Shown in pieces: positions 61,589 to 64,000 of a DNA stretch of 64,000 bases. The position numbers were made by a program, and so were the translations under genes. The stretch's first letter is position 1. Each line of letters starts with the position of its first letter. Source of the DNA: Laetmonice hystrix. Its lineage: Eukaryota. Where the stretch lies: positions 33,170,001-33,234,000 of the forward strand of contig OZ249436.1 in NCBI GenBank assembly GCA_965235115.1. Direction: 5' to 3'. The notes under the pieces were generated by a model. The model was not told the DNA's origin. It made no database searches and saw only the letters and a program-made list of their open reading frames with translations.

Positions 61589-63849
61589 CGCTGTCGTGAG
61601 GGGACGTTACTACCTCCGCTATAATGACAACGGACGGGTAGAAACAGGTAAATCCCGATAATCCTTCGTCAAAGCATCAGAGCAAGTCAAAATCATAGTA
61701 ACCGTGTGTTCAAAGCCCAGTCCTGATCCGTTAAATCTAAAATACTAACTTCCCTAGAGGATCAAGATGATAAGAGCGCATCTTCTCATATAAATACCCT
61801 AAACATGTACATCTATACACACTGCCCCATGGATTTTACTGACAGCAATGAAATATATCATAATAATAACCGATAAGTCGGTAAATCTTGTATTATATAC
61901 GTGCATATTGTCACATCATCTCTATACTTTTTGTCCAGAGGTTGCATCGGAATCTATAAGCTATATATTACTTGTCGGCCTATGTTTTCACGACACAGCC
62001 ACGGAAACCAATTATTCATTACATGGTAATTTAGGTATGTGTATTTAAAAAATCCTCAGATATAAAGATTATATTATACATTACAGTCCAATGGAGAAGT
62101 CCACTACTTCAACAGGCTTCATACAATGAGACTCACCTACAAAATAAAAGACAAAGAAAATACATTAAAACATTTCACTGATTAAAAGTGTGTACAATAA
62201 GAATGGTAAGGCATATAATTGTCTCAGAAGTAAATGCTACACAAAACCCTTTGGCTCCTAATAAAAGTACATTGCATTTCATTACATAGAAATCAATACA
62301 CTTTCTGTTCCACTGATTCCTTACTTTGCCTGGGATTACGTTTCAGAATCGTTTTACATTGTACTTCTCCACTTATACCCCTTTGATAACTAGAAAAAAC
62401 AACATGGGTCTCGATACAGTTTCTCGGACAACCCCAGTGGAGATTAGCACTGTCAGTTGCTAATCATGTAGAGAGACTAAGATAATCTCAACAGGTACAT
62501 ATCCTAATCATCTCCAAACCTAATTGGTTCTCCTTCAGGTACGCCCCGACATATCTTGTTATTATCAGATATCAGTGTGTTTGTCTTTCTATGTCAAGAT
62601 ATTCCCATGTTGATACGTAGATATAATTGGTTGTCTTTCTGGTGTAGACCGATATTGATGTTTGTAATCAGTTTAGCTCATCCCTTAATCCACAATGGTA
62701 TCACGGATTATATTCAAGTCAATCATGCACTGGAACTGACTGAATCTTTTTATATCGAGTTTCCTTGATAAATCCAAATCCAAGAGTTTAAACAGGAAAA
62801 AAACTTTGTCGTCCAATGCTAAAATATAATGTTGAAAATCAATTCCTTGATTAAAGGAATGGGAAACGAAGCAAGTATTGCCCTACCAAATCTTTATAAT
62901 TTCAACGCCAACTGTAAATGAGTCTGAGTGGCCATATAAAGATCATATGATTATAATAAGTTTCTCAAGTCAGGTCACTTGACAGTCCAAACATGTAGCA
63001 AACAATAATTAAATATCAGACTGCGGCAGCGTGAGTATGCCGCGTGCGAACATTGAGGCAGGCCATGTGTTTGCTGGCAGTGACTTCATGCTACACTGAC
63101 CCACAGTTCATCACCAATTATGGCAGTTATCTTAAGGAAATGTCCAGACCAGTTCACTCGGTCAACACTGTCACCTTCAGTCTCAACGCTAACCTCATCT
63201 CACTTCTCTCTGACCTAAATAACTGTTTTAACATTCTCCACGATTGTTAAAGTAGCTTTAACAACCACAAAATCTTGTTTTTCTTTCTGGAACAACGAAG
63301 TTGTACTTTCCATCCTTAATAGTTGGTCTTGAATATCAGCAATGTGTCGTCGACGAAGATTAAATAATGTATTGATGACTTCCAATCATTGGACTAGTAC
63401 CTTAAAGGAGCTCCAACAATACAACGTACCTACCCTCGCTCGATCCTTGCCTGGACAAGAAAACTTCGCCACTCTGCACGGAGAGATCGTAGCACGTGCT
63501 GGTATATCTGACTCATCCCAACTGGGACCCCCACCAGATTCCAATGTGGCGACCGAATCCTCCAGCAAACACTGCTAGCAGATAGGGCAAATCCTCGGCT
63601 TACGTTTGGGCCCCGGCCAGCAATCCGAGATGGTCTCAAAGCTGTGATAACTATAAGAGTTCTCAGTTCAAACGGCAACTCCCCTGGTTGATGCAAAGTA
63701 CAGTCTAAGTAGGACCTTATCACTTCTTCTTCCAGAAATAACCTCCATAAAGAATTCTACTCCTAAGACTGAGGGCCCCAATTATTCCGGAGTAACACAC
63801 ATACGTGAACGGTTCCCCAATGTTCACGAAGGCAGACCCTATTTCTCCT

Positions 63850-63930
63850 GTTCTTATTGCAGCAAGCTTTGAGCTCCTGACGTCAGACCGGAATACTACA
63901 CGGCAACTTCAACTGCACAGAAATGGGCGA
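63850..63930 (+). mobile_element. Possible decayed APE-endonuclease motif of a LINE at the window edge
   Basis: ASFELLTSDRN/ILHGNFNC../W (with frameshift) resembles the conserved I+xGDFN...W motif. Confidence 0.25.
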
Positions 63931-64000
63931 AAAACACCCTGCCCCTTCGGGCATGGGGTCTCACAGAAAGTACTACTGTCAGTCGCATAAACCATTATCA

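Overview
This is animal (eukaryotic) genomic DNA, not prokaryotic: it has GT-AG introns, a long gene-poor stretch, SINE relics and minisatellites. A SINE relic resembling mollusc Meta/V-domain SINEs hints at a lophotrochozoan, but this is inference. The only confidently recognisable gene is the 5' end of a netrin receptor UNC5 on the minus strand. It has a signal-peptide exon (CDS 12579-12657) spliced in phase 1 to a 402-nt first-Ig-domain exon (9214-9615). I found no further exons, so the rest of the gene probably lies beyond the left edge. The ~50 kb upstream has no recognisable gene. It holds seven minisatellite-type arrays in the window overall (units 13-76 bp), whose repeats explain most long ORFs in the track, plus heavily decayed transposon fragments and CpG-rich patches. 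The most interesting signals are: (1) two different 28-34 bp CA...TG palindromes, each flanked by an exact 7-bp direct repeat (candidate P-superfamily micro-MITEs); (2) recursive-splicing signatures on the UNC5 strand, both at the Ig1 exon start and at 42388/42389; (3) a 4-codon uORF whose stop overlaps the UNC5 start codon; (4) an unexplained 410-codon non-repetitive ORF. I saw no CRISPR array, rRNA or intact tRNA. All motif matches are by eye and need database confirmation.
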